Below, one piece after another: positions 9,342-18,508 of a DNA stretch of 64,000 nucleotides (positions within the stretch are counted from its first letter, which is position 1; each line of letters begins with the position of its first letter). The stretch spans positions 2,186 through 66,185 of the forward strand of contig CAVOCY010000001.1 of assembly GCA_963694385.1 (NCBI GenBank). Direction: 5' to 3'. A model generated the notes under the pieces. The model was not told the DNA's origin. It did no database searches and saw only the letters and a list, made by a program, of their open reading frames with translations. Source of the DNA: Candidatus Altimarinota bacterium. Its GTDB lineage: Bacteria; Patescibacteriota; Gracilibacteria; Peribacterales; Peribacteraceae. The translations under genes and the position numbers were made by a program.

Positions 9342-10427
9342 ATGAAACTTGCTATCGTCGCCGACTGGCTCCCTGTCTACGCAGGGGCAGAACATGTCAT
9401 CGCTCAGATGCATCATCTATGGCCAAATGCGCCGATTTTTACGACCGTAGTACATCGATCAAATATTGGCCCACTAGCTACTGCAGATATTCGAACAACC
9501 AGCCTACAAAAATGGTACAAGCTCACAGGAAATCATCAGTGGCTACTCCCATGGATGCCACGTGCAATAGAAACGATTGATCTTCGCGGCTTTGATGTGA
9601 TCTTAAGTTCCTCTCATGCTATTGGTAAGGGAATCATTCCTCCCAGTACTGCACGCCACATTTGTTACTGCCATACACCTATGCGCTACGCATGGGAGAT
9701 GGAAGATGAGTATCTTGATGACTTTAAGATACCGCAGTTTCTTCGTAGAACGATTAAGCAGAAGTTGAAACAGATTCGTAAGTGGGATCTTACTTCTGCA
9801 CAACGTGTCGATCAATTTATCGCAAACTCCACAACAGTGCAGGAACGCATCAAACGGATTTATAATCGTGACTCTGTCGTTATTCACCCCCCAGTTTCTG
9901 AGCGCTTCTTCGAAACCGACAACCGACAACCGACAACCGATTCCTACTATCTTACCGTCGGCCGCCACGTTCCGTACAAGCGAACAGATCTTCTGATAGA
10001 AGCAGCAAACAAGATGAAGATCCCTCTTAAGGTTGGAGGATCAGGAAAAGATTTTGATCGTCTTAAAGCAATGGCAGGACCTACTGTAGAAATGCTTGGC
10101 TTTGTCCCTGATGAGAAACTTCCTGAACTCTACAGCAATGCAAAAGCATTCCTCTTTGCACCGTTCGAAGATGCAGGAGTTGTACCACTAGAGGCGCAAG
10201 CCTGCGGCACTCCCGTCGTTGCATTTGGAAAAGGAGGTGTGCTGGATACCGTAATTGACGGGGAGACAGGGGTCTACTTTGGAGAGCAGACTGTTGATTC
10301 TGTAGTAGATGCTATACAGAAATTTGAGGGGATGCATTTTGATGAGTGTTTGATCCGTAAACATGCCGCTCAGTTCTCTGCAGAGCGGTTTAGAGAGAAG
10401 ATGCTTGAAGTATTTGACAACTTATAA
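9342..10427 (+). CDS. GT4-family glycosyltransferase
   Basis: The N-terminus MKLAIVADWL... is typical, so the internal ATG at 9342 is preferred over the ORF-track start at 9303. The C-terminal E-x7-E region is present (FEDAGVVPLEAQACGTPVVAFGKGG). It contains the heptamer array at 9914-9940. Confidence 0.85.
   Translation: MKLAIVADWLPVYAGAEHVIAQMHHLWPNAPIFTTVVHRSNIGPLATADIRTTSLQKWYKLTGNHQWLLPWMPRAIETIDLRGFDVILSSSHAIGKGIIPPSTARHICYCHTPMRYAWEMEDEYLDDFKIPQFLRRTIKQKLKQIRKWDLTSAQRVDQFIANSTTVQERIKRIYNRDSVVIHPPVSERFFETDNRQPTTDSYYLTVGRHVPYKRTDLLIEAANKMKIPLKVGGSGKDFDRLKAMAGPTVEMLGFVPDEKLPELYSNAKAFLFAPFEDAGVVPLEAQACGTPVVAFGKGGVLDTVIDGETGVYFGEQTVDSVVDAIQKFEGMHFDECLIRKHAAQFSAERFREKMLEVFDNL
9914..9940. 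repeat. (AACCGAC) x3.9 tandem heptamer array inside GT4 gene 1
   Basis: Read directly: aaccgac aaccgac aaccgac aaccga, encoding TDNRQPTTD. It is the reverse complement of the GGTTGTC/CGGTTGT family seen at 12106, 37270 and 45714. Confidence 0.9.
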
Positions 10428-10504
10428 GAAGTAAGTTTTAATGTACTTACTTGTGTTGGTCACGTGTGACCACGGTCTTTTTACACCAGAGCAGGGAGAA
10501 ACTG

Positions 10505-10855
10505 ATGTCTGCCATTTTTGAAAGAACAATGGATGGCGCTCTTGTCATTCTCACAATCAATCGGAAAGTTCTTGCCGGGGCAGTGGACCCCAAGCTATTC
10601 AAAAAAGAGGCGTGTAGTGCAGTCGAAATCTGTACTGAGGGCTACACTGTCCTCATCGATCTCTCTAAAGTAGAGAAAATCGACGTACGCTTTCTTGAAG
10701 TACTGAAAGTCTTGCAAGATCAAGCAGATAGGAACAGCGCGAACTTTGCCCTTCGTGTGGTAAATGCAAACGTTGTAGATGCCATTAAAAGATTCGACGA
10801 GCTCGCTACCATCCAAATAATCGAGGAGGTAACTCGGCTCGTTGCCACCAAATAG
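10505..10855 (+). CDS. STAS-like domain protein (anti-sigma-antagonist fold, tentative)
   Basis: About 116 aa from the ATG at 10505, preceded by GGAGAA. The pattern ..VLTINRKVLAG....F.......GYTVLIDLSKVEKIDVRFLEVL.. resembles STAS/SpoIIAA. There is no partner kinase nearby. Confidence 0.4.
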   Translation: MSAIFERTMDGALVILTINRKVLAGAVDPKLFKKEACSAVEICTEGYTVLIDLSKVEKIDVRFLEVLKVLQDQADRNSANFALRVVNANVVDAIKRFDELATIQIIEEVTRLVATK

Positions 10856-10887
10856 TGATCGTCGGTATAACCACCGATACAAGAAAA

Positions 10888-10921
10888 AGTCCTGCCTCAC
10901 ACTCGAGGCAGGACTGTTTTT
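10888..10921 (+). terminator. Rho-independent terminator
   Basis: An 11-bp stem AGTCCTGCCTC / GAGGCAGGACT with a 6-nt loop, followed by GTTTTT. Confidence 0.8.
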
Positions 10922-10984
10922 AAATTCTACTTCTCACCGCACCCCTGCCTGCCGGCAGATCAGTAGGAGTGCTCTTGTTGGTAA

Positions 10985-11048
10985 TGTGATTGTTGATTGG
11001 TGATTTGTCATTCGATTATGTTGTACTAATCACGTATCACAAATCACG
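10985..11048. repeat. Inverted pair of heptamer arrays: (NGTGATT)x4 / loop / (AATCACN)x3
   Basis: Read directly: TGTGATT GTTGATT GGTGATT TGTCATT ... AATCACG TATCACA AATCACG. It lies in a convergent intergenic spacer. Confidence 0.8.
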
Positions 11049-11095
11049 TGATCTACTTAATACTTCTACAATGCTGGCCGAAGACCCGCGCTGTT

Positions 11096-12082
11096 TTATC
11101 CTCTATCCACTTCTACATCGGTCTCGTCTTCGATCTCTCCGACTAACTCTTCGAGTACATCTTCGAGTGTCACAAGCCCTACAGTGTGGCCGTCTTCTTG
11201 CACAACAGCTTGATGAATGTGCTTGTCGCGAAATAATGCGATCAGTTCATCGCTCCTCATATCAGACTGTACGGTAAGAACCTCTCGTGTAATTGATGCA
11301 ACAGATTCACCACCCTGTTTTTCATACAGTGATTGCAGTACATCTTGCTTTAAGATCATGCCGATAATTTCGTGCATTGATGCACCAAAAACTGGGTATC
11401 TTGAGTGTGCTTCGTGGTCTATCTTCTGCCAGACTTCTTTAATAGAATCTTCGGTATTCACACCAATGATATCTTTGAGTTCCGTCATGATATCTGCTGC
11501 TTTTTTGTCGTTGAGGATGAAGGCACGATGAATCAGTTGCCCTTCGTCACTTTCGATGTGACCTTTGCTACGGCCAATCGTTACAAGAGATCGAATCTGC
11601 TCTTCGGTTCCTACTTTGCGTTCTCCTTTCTTAAATAAATTGGTTACCCATTCTAGGCCAACAATAATCGGAAGCATTACTATAGTCAGTGCCAGAATAA
11701 ATGGTGCTGTTAGTAAGGCAACACGCTCTGCGTAGTGAATACCAATAGCTTTTGGAATAATTTCTGAGAAGACGATGATACCGAATGTGAGTCCTGTAGT
11801 AATCACCGCAAGTATGGCATCACCGTACATGTTGATGACAATCTGACCCACGGTAATAGAACCTACAATGTTTACCACATTGTTCCATACGACGATCGTT
11901 ATTACCGATCTATTCAGCTGCTTGTTTACACGATTCAGTGTCGCAGAACCCATGCGCTTCTTCTGCATTAACGCATGAACCTCTGGGTCAGTAATACTAA
12001 CGAGCGCTGCCTCTGCTCCAGAAAAGAATCCCGAGAAGACAAGGATGATGAATATGACTGTAGCAAGTTCGAACATGGGCAT
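11096..12082 (-). CDS. CNNM/DUF21 + CBS-pair membrane protein (CorC/TlyC-like)
   Basis: 328 aa with an N-terminal DUF21-type membrane domain (FSGFFSGAEAALVS) followed by two CBS-like repeats. Confidence 0.8.
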   Translation of the reverse strand: MPMFELATVIFIILVFSGFFSGAEAALVSITDPEVHALMQKKRMGSATLNRVNKQLNRSVITIVVWNNVVNIVGSITVGQIVINMYGDAILAVITTGLTFGIIVFSEIIPKAIGIHYAERVALLTAPFILALTIVMLPIIVGLEWVTNLFKKGERKVGTEEQIRSLVTIGRSKGHIESDEGQLIHRAFILNDKKAADIMTELKDIIGVNTEDSIKEVWQKIDHEAHSRYPVFGASMHEIIGMILKQDVLQSLYEKQGGESVASITREVLTVQSDMRSDELIALFRDKHIHQAVVQEDGHTVGLVTLEDVLEELVGEIEDETDVEVDRG

Positions 12083-12105
12083 TAGTGTAGCAGATTTCCT
12101 GTACT

Positions 12106-12133
12106 AGTTGTCAGTTCTCGGTTGTCACTTCTC
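12106..12133. repeat. Degenerate heptamer array AGTTGTC AGTTCTC GGTTGTC ACTTCTC
   Basis: Read directly in the divergent spacer between the CNNM gene and nnrD. It belongs to the GGTTGTC family. Confidence 0.7.
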
Positions 12134-12165
12134 AAGAATCATCGATAGCGTGTACACTCTGTCTG

Positions 12166-12942
12166 ATGCAAAGAGATCCTTCCTCCCACAAAGGCGATAA
12201 TGGAAAAGTAGCAGTTGTTGGTGGTAGTACGTACATACACGGTGCACCTATCCTCAATGCGCTAGCTGCTGAGGCGAGCGGGATCGATACACTGAGTATT
12301 TGTTTACCACAGTGCCATAGCGAAGCGGCAAAGAGTTGGACACTGAATGCATTTGTGCATCCGTTTGATGGAGATGATATTGCAGACAGTGATATCGAAT
12401 CTATTTTGGAACTGATCGCCCCACTCGACTGTGTAGTTCTTGGTTCGGGTATCGCCAAAACTGGAGAGCGCGTTCACGCACTCGAAGAAATTATCGCATC
12501 GTGCACAACGCCGATGGTACTCGATGCAACGGCACTCCAAGAAAATACATTAGATCTTGTCCGCGGTAAGCAGGCAATCCTCACTCCCCACCTCGGAGAG
12601 CTCGAACGTATGGGAGTCGAAGAGAATGATTTACAGGACATTGCAAACGAGTATCAGGCGATCATTGTCCTAAAGGGGCAGACAGACAAAGTCTTTAGCG
12701 CACATGCAACGGATGAAATAGCTGGAGGAAACGCAGGGCTTACTACTGGCGGAACAGGTGATGTACTAGCAGGTCTCATCGCTGGACTGATCGCCCAACG
12801 CATGGCATCCGTAGATGCTGCAAAAGATGCGTGTGCCATTCTAAAAAAGGCAGCCGAGAAACTCGAGAAAGAAAAAGGGTACAGCTTCACCGCTACAGAT
12901 GTTGTGGGAGAAATTCCTGCACTGTTAAAGAATCAAAAATGA
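12166..12942 (+). CDS. nnrD: ADP-dependent NAD(P)H-hydrate dehydratase (YjeF C-terminal type)
   Basis: 258 aa with HKGDNGKVAVVGGS..Y.GAP and GGTGDVLAGLIAGL motifs. Confidence 0.85.
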   Translation: MQRDPSSHKGDNGKVAVVGGSTYIHGAPILNALAAEASGIDTLSICLPQCHSEAAKSWTLNAFVHPFDGDDIADSDIESILELIAPLDCVVLGSGIAKTGERVHALEEIIASCTTPMVLDATALQENTLDLVRGKQAILTPHLGELERMGVEENDLQDIANEYQAIIVLKGQTDKVFSAHATDEIAGGNAGLTTGGTGDVLAGLIAGLIAQRMASVDAAKDACAILKKAAEKLEKEKGYSFTATDVVGEIPALLKNQK

Positions 12943-13571
12943 TCACGCTCTTCCCGCAATTTACTGATCGAATAGACTGTCGTTTTTTAACGAAGAATGA
13001 TGATCGCAACGTTCCCGACCCCCGAGTTTGCCTTAATCAAATCCATGGAAATCGCACAATACTTTCTCGCGAACCAATGGAAAGTTCCGAAGAAGCGGAT
13101 GGAGTAATAACTGACCAAAAAGGATTACATCTCTTTATCCGCGCGGCCGACTGTCAGAACTTCGCGGTGTATGATCCGGTGCTCCACATTGGCGGTGTGT
13201 TACATGCCGGATGGAAGGGTATCGTCGCTGGTGCGATACCAGAATTTTTTCGGGTCTTTTCTGATACATTTGAGACTGATATTTCGCAGATTTTTGTCAC
13301 TGCTGGCCCCTCGCTCTGTAAGGCCTGTGCAGAGTTTTCGGACCCCAAATTAGAGCTGCCAGAGATCGATACTCAGTACGTTGATGGGAGGTGCGTAGAT
13401 CTCCAAAAAGTGGCCCAAGATCAAATGGTGGCGGCAGGGGTACTCCCCCAAAATTTCTTTCGGCACCCAGACTGCACCTGTTGCCAACATGAATCGTATT
13501 GGAGTTATAGAGGGGGAGACAGGAAAAGCGTCCAGAATGGGCAATCAAATATGCTTATATTGACGATTTAA
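12939..13571 (+). CDS. pgeF: YfiH/PgeF (DUF152) purine nucleoside phosphorylase / laccase-domain protein
   Basis: The ATG at 12939 overlaps the nnrD stop (ATGA). Motifs RAADCQNFAVYDP, HAGWKG and GPSLCKACAEF are present. Confidence 0.85.
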   Translation: MITLFPQFTDRIDCRFLTKNDDRNVPDPRVCLNQIHGNRTILSREPMESSEEADGVITDQKGLHLFIRAADCQNFAVYDPVLHIGGVLHAGWKGIVAGAIPEFFRVFSDTFETDISQIFVTAGPSLCKACAEFSDPKLELPEIDTQYVDGRCVDLQKVAQDQMVAAGVLPQNFFRHPDCTCCQHESYWSYRGGDRKSVQNGQSNMLILTI

Positions 13572-13651
13572 GTACAAATATCCATTTAATTGACATTTTT
13601 AACTAATTCATTACTATGCTACTAATTATTTAGTATATATAAGGATATCTT

Positions 13652-16600
13652 ATGGCTAAAAAGAAGCGCCCATCACTGGCGAAAGCTGCTGCTGACGCAG
13701 GTCAATTAGACCAGAAAGAACTGCCGGTAGGGAGAGCATGGTTTTTAGAACAACATGCCACAGCCCTTGTTGCTATAGAAACTATCGTTATAAATCTGCG
13801 TAAACGACTCGCAAAAACAGCTGATCGTAAAGGGGGCAGAGATCTTGAACCTCTTTTGGACATTGTCCGTACGCAAATACCAGAAGCAATACGTAATTTG
13901 GCACCTGTAAAAGTTATAAAATTGGATCAAATACAGGGGGCAAATGGGCTTTGTGAATCTATAGAATCACTGGTGGATGATGCACGTAAATCAGTTCCAG
14001 CTGGTCGTTCGAAACTGCAACAGGAACTGCTCCAGCAATTAGGCGATGTACAACAACGAGTGCAAGCACGTGCAGGAGAAATTACAGAGGCGAAGGATGC
14101 AGGACAACAAACGAAGAAGCCCTTCGTGCCAGACTGGGATCCTGTAACTCCTCCAGAGCCTGAAGTTCCTCTTACTCCAGTCGAAGAAGCATATGCGCTT
14201 GTCGATGTATATTCCGAAAAGGAGCGCGCAAAATTTATTGGTGAAAAACTCGTCAATCTTTTGCACGAAAAGTACTGGGATTTTCTTTCGCAAATTAGTG
14301 AACCGCCAATCAATTTATCGGAGCAAGTTACTGCAGGCACTATCAAGAACCTCTCTACTGTATGCATAGCACTGGAGGCTCACATAGGAAAAATATGTGC
14401 AAATGCTCAACCATTAGATTTGCAGGATATGCAACAAGCACTACTACTACCGATATCATTAGAAAAATTCTCTCTGCCACCTGCTATCGAAGGAGCATTA
14501 CACACTACAATAATTAGCTCTCTACGCACATGCATGGATGGCATCTCAGAGGATGAAGAAATGGTCTACATGTTATCGGATATAAAAGAACATATTCGAT
14601 ATGATAATGCGGATGACATACAGACCGTACTTCTCTGGGAAAAAGTAGAACAAGGAGAAGACTTTCCACTGCAACAATTTGAGCGCGAATATATTGCGGG
14701 TAGAACACCCGCAAAACGCAGAAGAATTAAATCAGCAGCCAAAAAGGCTGATCTCTGTGCAGAAATTGCTGTGCATCTCAATACGAAATATCACGGAGGA
14801 TTTTCTCTGCGCTCAATGGCAGATATTCAAAGAATTATGGCTGCATCGATTACACCTAAAAAGAGGCGCCTAGCAGCATCTCCAGTTGTAGCAGATGATA
14901 AGTCAGCAGCATCTCCAGTTGTAGCAGATGATAAGTCAGCAGCAGATCCAGTTGTAGTAGATGAGAAGTCAGCAGCAGATCCAGTTGTAGCAAGGAAGAT
15001 ATCAACATCAGCCCCCGTGAAGTTGCAACCAGAATCGCAACCAGTTATATCGCAACAAGATGCAGCTGCAGTCGCAGCGTTTGCACAAGGTCTTCCTGCT
15101 AGGCCAATAGCACCTGCTAAGGCGCAAGCAGTTAAAGAACAAAGTGTTCTAGAATTTGATAAGCGCGAACTAGATCACATGACGACGTTGATAATCCCTA
15201 CAGGTATTACTGATACTACGGACGTTCGTCTTCATACTGAATTGCGTACTACTCTCTGGAGAAGTCTTAACGCAACTCTCTATGGCGATTCTGATAAAGC
15301 AGTAGAAGAAGTCTACGGCCATACGCTTATGAACCAAGCGATTACTGCTGCCGCTTTATTAAAGCCTGTAGAGGAATACACTCCTACAGTAGCCCCTAAA
15401 TCGGAAGAAGTAGATCCAGATGCTTCAACACAACAAGAGCGCAATGTTGCACTTGCTATGGTTCGATCATGCAAAAAGATTGATACCGCATTAGCTAGAC
15501 GTCTTCGTATGGGAGTGAATATTAAAAGGGGGAAAGACAAGCTATCTCTTCGCGAGATTCCGTTTATCGAAAGTCTGATTGTAGAAACTCTGATAGAGCT
15601 GAAGAGAGAAGATGAAATTGCTACAGCAGGATTATCAACAGTAGTTGTAGAGCCTGTGACTGAAGAAGCTCCTACTGATGTAGAACCTGAGACTGATGTA
15701 CCTGAAGTTGTAGAGCCAGTTGCTGGAATACCTGTAGCTGTAGCTGTAGCTGTAGAGCTAGTGACTGATGTACCTGAAGTTGTAGAGCCAGTTGCTGGAA
15801 TACCTGTAGTTGCAGAACCTGTGATTGAAGAATCTCCTACTGATGTAGAACAAGTAGCTGTAAAATCTGTAGTTGTAACTACAGAAACTGTAGAGCCTGT
15901 AGCTGCTCCCCCTGCTGCAGAAACTGAAATAGAAGGAGAACTAGAACTCGAAGTGTTGCATATAGCTATGCGAGCACGCGCTGCAATGATTGAAGAATGG
16001 ACTACTGTCCAAGCATCTATAAAACGCATCACTGGCGAAGCAAATCAACTAGATGCGCAGCTTGTAGAACTTGAATCACAAGCAGACACACTCGGTGAAA
16101 CAATGGGGAATCTGATAACAGAATTGTTCTCAGCAGAAACGAGTAAACTTTTTAACCACTGTAGGATCGAAATCGACACTGGTGACTTTAAGCAAAGTCC
16201 CCGAGCAGATATACAGCAATCTGCAGAATTTTTGAAGAGTGCAATTACGAAACTTCAAATATTCAAAGATCTACAAGCACAACTAGAAAAAATGCGAGAG
16301 GCTATAAATGCATTACACGAGGAATACAAAACTCTTTCTGGCTCTGCACAACGTGCACAAAAGTTTCACAGCAAAGCAACAAGGGAAACCTTTGGTGTAT
16401 GCATGCAAGAATTCCTACCGGATGAAGACAGAGATCGCCTACAAGAAATTCCAGAATTTATTATGACTCTGGACGCAGCAAAAGAAGAAGTGGGAACTGT
16501 GGATCAAAGCCATATTCGTGGAATGGAATTATCTATAGAACAGGCAGGAATAGGGGTAAAATTCTCAGAAAAAGAACTAGAGAAAGCAAAAATGGGATCA

Positions 16601-17263
16601 AAGCATGACAAACAATCCCCAGCCCAAATCGAACAAATTTTTATTGAGTCTTTACAGATCGTACAGGCATTTTTGAATCCTTCAGCAAAAGCAAAGAAAG
16701 AGCCAGTTCCTAAGCCAGCATCTAAGTCGGCTCCTAAGCCATCATCAAATGGCAGTGCCAATGTCGACAGTCTTCCAGAGCTTACGCTAAGCGAACTGCA
16801 AACATCACTCATAAAGCTTATGACAGCCCAGATAGGAAACAGACATCCTCGACACACGACATGGGGATTTACAGCGGCAACTATTCGAACATTCTGGATC
16901 GAAACCTTTGGGGGCAACGATACTCCCTCAGAAGACGAGATCTGTACTGCGCTCAGTGATGCACAACTCACTGGAGATGTTCCTATACACGCCATGAACT
17001 ACCGTCCTTCAAATACAGAGATGCACGATTTCCGTAGAGCACCGCACTACATGACCAGGTGGGCCAATAAAATCAACGAGATGTTTTTGCCAACACATAG
17101 AATATTTGACTATGCAGAGCAGAATGAAATGGCCCTAAAAGAAGAAGAATTCGATCTACTGAAAACACACCGTGATGCTCAAAAAGCTGATAGACAGAAA
17201 CAGAATTGGGGTGGCAAGAAGAAGAAAACAACGAAGAGGAGAACGGGTGGAAATGATGCGTAA
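13652..17263 (+). CDS. Large (1203 aa) orphan protein: basic termini, coiled-coil-like segments, acidic V/P/E-rich tandem repeats
   Basis: Single long ORF with an AAGGA SD 8 nt upstream and an AT-rich upstream region (TTGACA...TACTAT). I recognise no catalytic motif. Internal 33-nt and 72-nt period repeats are present. Confidence 0.8.
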   Translation: MAKKKRPSLAKAAADAGQLDQKELPVGRAWFLEQHATALVAIETIVINLRKRLAKTADRKGGRDLEPLLDIVRTQIPEAIRNLAPVKVIKLDQIQGANGLCESIESLVDDARKSVPAGRSKLQQELLQQLGDVQQRVQARAGEITEAKDAGQQTKKPFVPDWDPVTPPEPEVPLTPVEEAYALVDVYSEKERAKFIGEKLVNLLHEKYWDFLSQISEPPINLSEQVTAGTIKNLSTVCIALEAHIGKICANAQPLDLQDMQQALLLPISLEKFSLPPAIEGALHTTIISSLRTCMDGISEDEEMVYMLSDIKEHIRYDNADDIQTVLLWEKVEQGEDFPLQQFEREYIAGRTPAKRRRIKSAAKKADLCAEIAVHLNTKYHGGFSLRSMADIQRIMAASITPKKRRLAASPVVADDKSAASPVVADDKSAADPVVVDEKSAADPVVARKISTSAPVKLQPESQPVISQQDAAAVAAFAQGLPARPIAPAKAQAVKEQSVLEFDKRELDHMTTLIIPTGITDTTDVRLHTELRTTLWRSLNATLYGDSDKAVEEVYGHTLMNQAITAAALLKPVEEYTPTVAPKSEEVDPDASTQQERNVALAMVRSCKKIDTALARRLRMGVNIKRGKDKLSLREIPFIESLIVETLIELKREDEIATAGLSTVVVEPVTEEAPTDVEPETDVPEVVEPVAGIPVAVAVAVELVTDVPEVVEPVAGIPVVAEPVIEESPTDVEQVAVKSVVVTTETVEPVAAPPAAETEIEGELELEVLHIAMRARAAMIEEWTTVQASIKRITGEANQLDAQLVELESQADTLGETMGNLITELFSAETSKLFNHCRIEIDTGDFKQSPRADIQQSAEFLKSAITKLQIFKDLQAQLEKMREAINALHEEYKTLSGSAQRAQKFHSKATRETFGVCMQEFLPDEDRDRLQEIPEFIMTLDAAKEEVGTVDQSHIRGMELSIEQAGIGVKFSEKELEKAKMGSKHDKQSPAQIEQIFIESLQIVQAFLNPSAKAKKEPVPKPASKSAPKPSSNGSANVDSLPELTLSELQTSLIKLMTAQIGNRHPRHTTWGFTAATIRTFWIETFGGNDTPSEDEICTALSDAQLTGDVPIHAMNYRPSNTEMHDFRRAPHYMTRWANKINEMFLPTHRIFDYAEQNEMALKEEEFDLLKTHRDAQKADRQKQNWGGKKKKTTKRRTGGNDA
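14873..14992 (+). repeat. 33-nt tandem repeat x3.6 (AASPVVADDKS units) in the 1203-aa gene
   Basis: Units 1 and 2 are identical, and units 3 and 4 are diverged (AADPVVVDEKS). Confidence 0.9.
15691..15809 (+). repeat. 47-nt exact duplicate at 72-nt period (TDVPEVVEPVAGIPV) plus a (GCTGTA)x3-4 run
   Basis: gactgatgtacctgaagttgtagagccagttgctggaatacctgtag occurs at 15691-15737 and again at 15763-15809. Confidence 0.9.
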
Positions 17264-17426
17264 ATAATGGACTTTTCTAGAATTTATGGTAAAGTGCATA
17301 ACCAAGCACCCAAAAACACGCTTGGATTGTTCCTTGGCACTATCGGCGTGCTAATAAAACTAAAACACTGCCCTTCACCTGGGCAACCGCAATGCACGGT
17401 ATGCATACTTAGGAGTTCACGAAGCC

Positions 17427-18278
17427 ATGTCCAGATTACAAACTAGTCGACGACAAGCATTAGTGCTTGCTATGCAAGATCGTGGATTCACGATCAAGCA
17501 GCTTGCGGAATCGGTAGCTGCCAAGCCCGCAAATGTCGCGGATGAAGCGAACCGCATCACTCGAATTCGTAGAAAGGACAAAAAATCTATCCTCCTGCGA
17601 CAGGAGGATGCCGTGCGATACGCGGCAGCTCTCGAAGTTCCCGTCAACCGCCTTCTTGCGGGAGAATTGACCTCCGAAGAAAAAAAATCCAGTGGCGGAT
17701 GCAAAGCAAAATCTGCTGCGCCCAAGGCGGGGAAATCCAAGTTGGAGAAACGAACAGCTGTCCTGAAAACCCGTAAGAAACTGGCTGCAGATCGCTTTAC
17801 AGCTCTGACCACAGCCCTCTGTGGACGTGGTCACGCTGCACTACACAGTCAACTTGAAGCTGCAGGGAAGTTGCAGTGGACAACTGCAATGGTGAAGTCA
17901 TACGTTCGGGGAACACGGTTCCCCAACAAAGACTTCTTGACGGACGTAGCAGAACTTCTGGGTGTGGACCTCAAAACCCTCACCATCCGTGAATCTCCTC
18001 TGGAGAATCTCGGACGAAGACCTGCAACAGTAACACCTGTTGTAACACCGGCTGTATTGTCAGCATTGAATGCAGACACAGGTATTCCTGTGAGGGTGTT
18101 TTGCAACGAACTTCTCGGGGTAAAACACGAAGATCGCATCGTTTTCGACGCTCCTACCCGATCATTTCGGGGACAGAACGTTGAACTCGTACCCAACAAA
18201 GGCGGATTTGACCTCGTCGTGAGAATCCCCGTCACAGGAGACATTTCGAAAAAATTGTTGGGTCTCGTGACCCAGTGA
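17427..18278 (+). CDS. Protein with two XRE/Cro-like HTH modules
   Basis: 283 aa with AGGAG 11 nt upstream. HTH-like module 1 is FTIKQLAESVAAKPANV...VRYAAALEVPVNRLL. Module 2 is WTTAMVKSYVRGTRFPNKDFLTDVAELLGVDLKTL. It is followed by its own terminator. Confidence 0.65.
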   Translation: MSRLQTSRRQALVLAMQDRGFTIKQLAESVAAKPANVADEANRITRIRRKDKKSILLRQEDAVRYAAALEVPVNRLLAGELTSEEKKSSGGCKAKSAAPKAGKSKLEKRTAVLKTRKKLAADRFTALTTALCGRGHAALHSQLEAAGKLQWTTAMVKSYVRGTRFPNKDFLTDVAELLGVDLKTLTIRESPLENLGRRPATVTPVVTPAVLSALNADTGIPVRVFCNELLGVKHEDRIVFDAPTRSFRGQNVELVPNKGGFDLVVRIPVTGDISKKLLGLVTQ

Positions 18279-18305
18279 ACAGCACGCCACCCGCCAACGA
18301 GCAAA

Positions 18306-18337
18306 GCCCCGTACAATCGATGTATGGGGCTTTTCTT
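18306..18337 (+). terminator. Rho-independent terminator after the 283-aa HTH gene
   Basis: Stem GCCCCGTACA / TGTATGGGGC (one G.T pair) with loop ATCGA, followed by TTTTCTT. Confidence 0.75.
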
Positions 18338-18351
18338 AGCACTATAGGCAA

Positions 18352-18379
18352 TTGACTAATGGTCGAAATAGCGTATAAT
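18352..18379 (+). promoter_or_regulatory. Near-consensus sigma70-type promoter
   Basis: TTGACT (18352-18357), a 16-nt spacer, then TATAAT (18374-18379). The ORF-track ATG at 18359 lies inside the promoter, so it is not the real start. Confidence 0.65.
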
Positions 18380-18382
18380 ATT

Positions 18383-18451
18383 GTGCCCATTTGGCAATTT
18401 GGCACATTTTTGTGCCTTTTTTTGCTATTTGGGACGGTCCTTTACACCGTC
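18383..18451 (+). promoter_or_regulatory. Structured leader / operator: alternative hairpins and a T7 tract
   Basis: GTGCC (18383-87), TTGGCA/TTGGCAC direct repeats (18391-18405), then the palindrome GGCACA-TTTT-TGTGCC (18401-18416) followed by TTTTTTT. A second hairpin GACGGT/ACCGTC lies at 18433-18451. Confidence 0.5.
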
Positions 18452-18508
18452 GGCTCACTATACAATTTACCGAATCAATCGGATCACCCAACTCAAAGGA
18501 ACAGTAAA

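Noticed and set aside
15313-16032. 239-aa S/T/G-rich minus-strand ORF
   Set aside because: It is the antisense reading of the V/P/E repeat region of the 1203-aa gene, and it is open only because of the repeat composition.
17417-18316. Minus-strand ORFs of 131, 124 and 155 aa opposite the 283-aa HTH gene
   Set aside because: The plus-strand ORF is longer. It has an AGGAG SD, recognisable HTH segments and a downstream plus-strand terminator. The antisense products are low-complexity R/S/A-rich sequence.
17335-18416. Sigma54-type promoters suggested by the TGGCAC motifs at 17335 and 18400
   Set aside because: The GC of the -12 element is 1-2 nt out of register relative to the GG of the -24 element in both cases. 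No sigma54 activator is nearby. They are better explained as HTH operator or hairpin elements.
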